This document shows, in pieces, positions 60,836-62,182 of a DNA stretch of 62,182 nucleotides. A program made the translations under genes and the position numbers. A model generated the notes under the pieces. It was not told the DNA's origin. It saw only the letters and a program-made list of their open reading frames with translations, and did no database searches. The stretch spans positions 1-62,182 of the forward strand of contig CAYWBE010000001.1 in assembly GCA_964456295.1 (NCBI GenBank), written 5' to 3'. This DNA comes from an uncultured Candidatus Nemicrothrix sp. GTDB lineage: Bacteria > Actinomycetota > Acidimicrobiia > Acidimicrobiales > MedAcidi-G1. Numbering within the stretch: position 1 is the first letter of the stretch; every line of letters starts with the position of its first letter.

Positions 60836-62115
60836 GCACCGGCACCACGGCACCCCTCACCCGCCACCCCTGGACGCCCGACGCCGACGACGGCCACGCC
60901 GACCTGGCGTCGCACGACACCTGGGTGCACGGCACCCCCTACGCCACCCTCCAGCGAATGCGCGACGAGGATCCGGTGGCCTGGGTCGACGAGGCGGACG
61001 GCTCGGGCTTCTGGGCCGTGACCCGCTACGCCGACGTGGTCGAGTTGAACCGCCGCTGGGAGGACTTCACGTCGTACCGGGGCATCCGGCTCGAGGAGAT
61101 GGACGCCGAGGAGACCGAGGCCCGGCGAACCCTCATGGAGCTCGACCCGCCCGACCACACCCGACTGCGCCGCCTCGTCAACCGCGGCTTCACCCGCCGG
61201 ACCGTCGAGTCCTACGAGGACCCCATCCGGGAGCTCACCGCCGGCATCCTCGACGAGGCCCTAGCCCTCGGCGAATTCGACTTCGTGAGCGAGGTGGCCC
61301 GGGTCCTACCCATGCGGATGCTGGGCCGCCTGCTCGGCGTACCCGACGACGACGCCGCCCAGCTGGTCGACTGGGGCGACCAACTGCTGTCCAACTCCGA
61401 CCCCGAGTACACCGACCACGTCGTGGACCGGGTCGACACCGACGAGTTCCGCCTCATCCCCTTCCGCAGCCCGGCCGGCCTCGAGGTGTTCCGGTACGCC
61501 CAGGAGGCGGCCGCCGAACGACGGGGCTGCCCCCACGACGACGTGATCACCCGGCTACTCGCCCCGACCACCGACGGCACGCCGCTGACCGACCTGGAGT
61601 TCAACAACTTCTTCGCCCTGCTCGTGGCGGCCGGCAACGACACCACCCGCTACTCGCTGACCGAGGGACTTCGGGCGCTGGTCGACCATCCCGAGCAGAT
61701 GCAGGCGCTGCGGGACGACCCGTCGATCATGGACACCGCGGTGGAGGAGGTCCTGCGGTGGACCACGGTCACCACGCACTTCCGCCGCACCGCCACCAGC
61801 GACCAGGAACTCCACGGCCGCACCATCCGCGAGGGCGACAAGGTCGTCCTGTGGTGGGTCGGAGCCGACTACGACGAGCGAAAGTTCGCCGACCCCTACC
61901 GGTTCGACCTGACGCGGGACCCCAACGACCACGTGGCCTTCGGCCGCAACGGCCCGCACCTGTGCCTCGGCGCCTGGCTGGCCCGCATGGAGATCCGCAT
62001 CACCCTGCAGGAACTGCTGGCCCGCACCACCGACATCGAGGTGGTCCACGAGTCCGACCGGCTGCGCTCCAACCTGATCAGCGGCACGAAGCACCTGACC
62101 GTCCGGGTCGCCTGA
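60832..62115 (+). CDS. cytochrome P450 (no. 5), CYP125/124-like
   Basis: The start is set at GTG 60832, a GTGA overlap with the ADC-like stop. AAGNDTTRYS, EEVLRW, FGRNGPHLCLG. Confidence 0.9.
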   Translation: MSTGTTAPLTRHPWTPDADDGHADLASHDTWVHGTPYATLQRMRDEDPVAWVDEADGSGFWAVTRYADVVELNRRWEDFTSYRGIRLEEMDAEETEARRTLMELDPPDHTRLRRLVNRGFTRRTVESYEDPIRELTAGILDEALALGEFDFVSEVARVLPMRMLGRLLGVPDDDAAQLVDWGDQLLSNSDPEYTDHVVDRVDTDEFRLIPFRSPAGLEVFRYAQEAAAERRGCPHDDVITRLLAPTTDGTPLTDLEFNNFFALLVAAGNDTTRYSLTEGLRALVDHPEQMQALRDDPSIMDTAVEEVLRWTTVTTHFRRTATSDQELHGRTIREGDKVVLWWVGADYDERKFADPYRFDLTRDPNDHVAFGRNGPHLCLGAWLARMEIRITLQELLARTTDIEVVHESDRLRSNLISGTKHLTVRVA

Positions 62116-62182
62116 CCCGGCCGAGGGGCACCTGACCGTCCGGGTCGCCTGACCCGGCCGAGGGGCACCTGACCGACCGGGT
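62091..62182. repeat. 37-bp tandem repeat (about 2.5 copies) that duplicates the 3' end of the P450 gene; runs off the window
   Basis: Unit gcacctgaccgtccgggtcgcctgacccggccgaggg at 62091-62127 and 62128-62164. A third, diverging partial copy starts at 62165. Confidence 0.9.
62103..62120 (+). terminator. 7-bp stem hairpin overlapping the P450 no. 5 stop codon
   Basis: ccgggtc-gcct-gacccgg. It recurs in the next repeat unit. There is no T-tract. Confidence 0.35.

Overview
This is a 62.2-kb, very GC-rich, gene-dense Actinomycetota-type chromosomal segment. It holds about 62 CDS, most joined in operons by 1-, 4- or 8-nt start/stop overlaps. I saw no rRNA, tRNA, CRISPR array, transposase or integrase. 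The content is almost entirely catabolic.

Gene content, left to right:
1. fhs, an MTHFR-like gene and an OYE/4Fe-4S/FAD flavoenzyme.
2. A complete homoprotocatechuate-type meta-cleavage regulon. It has a two-subunit LigAB-type dioxygenase, hpaE/F/G/H/I-like genes and a MarR/HpaR regulator. Cytochrome P450s sit where the HpaBC hydroxylase would be.
3. A lower-GC island (about 14.95-27.3 kb). It carries a NitT/TauT-type ABC importer and a reductive pyrimidine catabolic set: dihydropyrimidinase, beta-ureidopropionase, aminotransferase, mmsA and a HIBADH-like gene. It lacks dihydropyrimidine dehydrogenase and instead has an LLM (F420-type) oxidoreductase and a DUF1185 protein.
4. A Tat-lipoprotein flavin amine oxidase whose domain order is circularly permuted.
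5. A divergent sigma-like gene, rmuC and a PLD-family gene.
6. Two separate glutamine-synthetase-like plus amidotransferase/PuuD-like (gamma-glutamylation type) modules. One sits with a PLP decarboxylase and a LigB dioxygenase. The other sits with P450s, a ferredoxin, a TTC38-family protein, acyl-CoA dehydrogenases and a family III CoA-transferase.
7. A Liv-type ABC importer.
8. An FAH / acetoacetate-decarboxylase-like / P450 trio.

Strongest observations:
- The Liv-type binding-protein gene contains a base-perfect 1133-bp in-frame tandem duplication, which gives a two-domain solute-binding protein.
- The amine oxidase is circularly permuted.
- An identical 12-mer lies exactly 16 nt upstream of two leaderless genes that are 23 kb apart.
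- A RecA-NDp/PafBC-like promoter motif lies on both sides of rmuC.
- The pyrimidine island has no dihydropyrimidine dehydrogenase (PydA).

All functional calls rest on motifs I recognised in the supplied translations. No database search was run.
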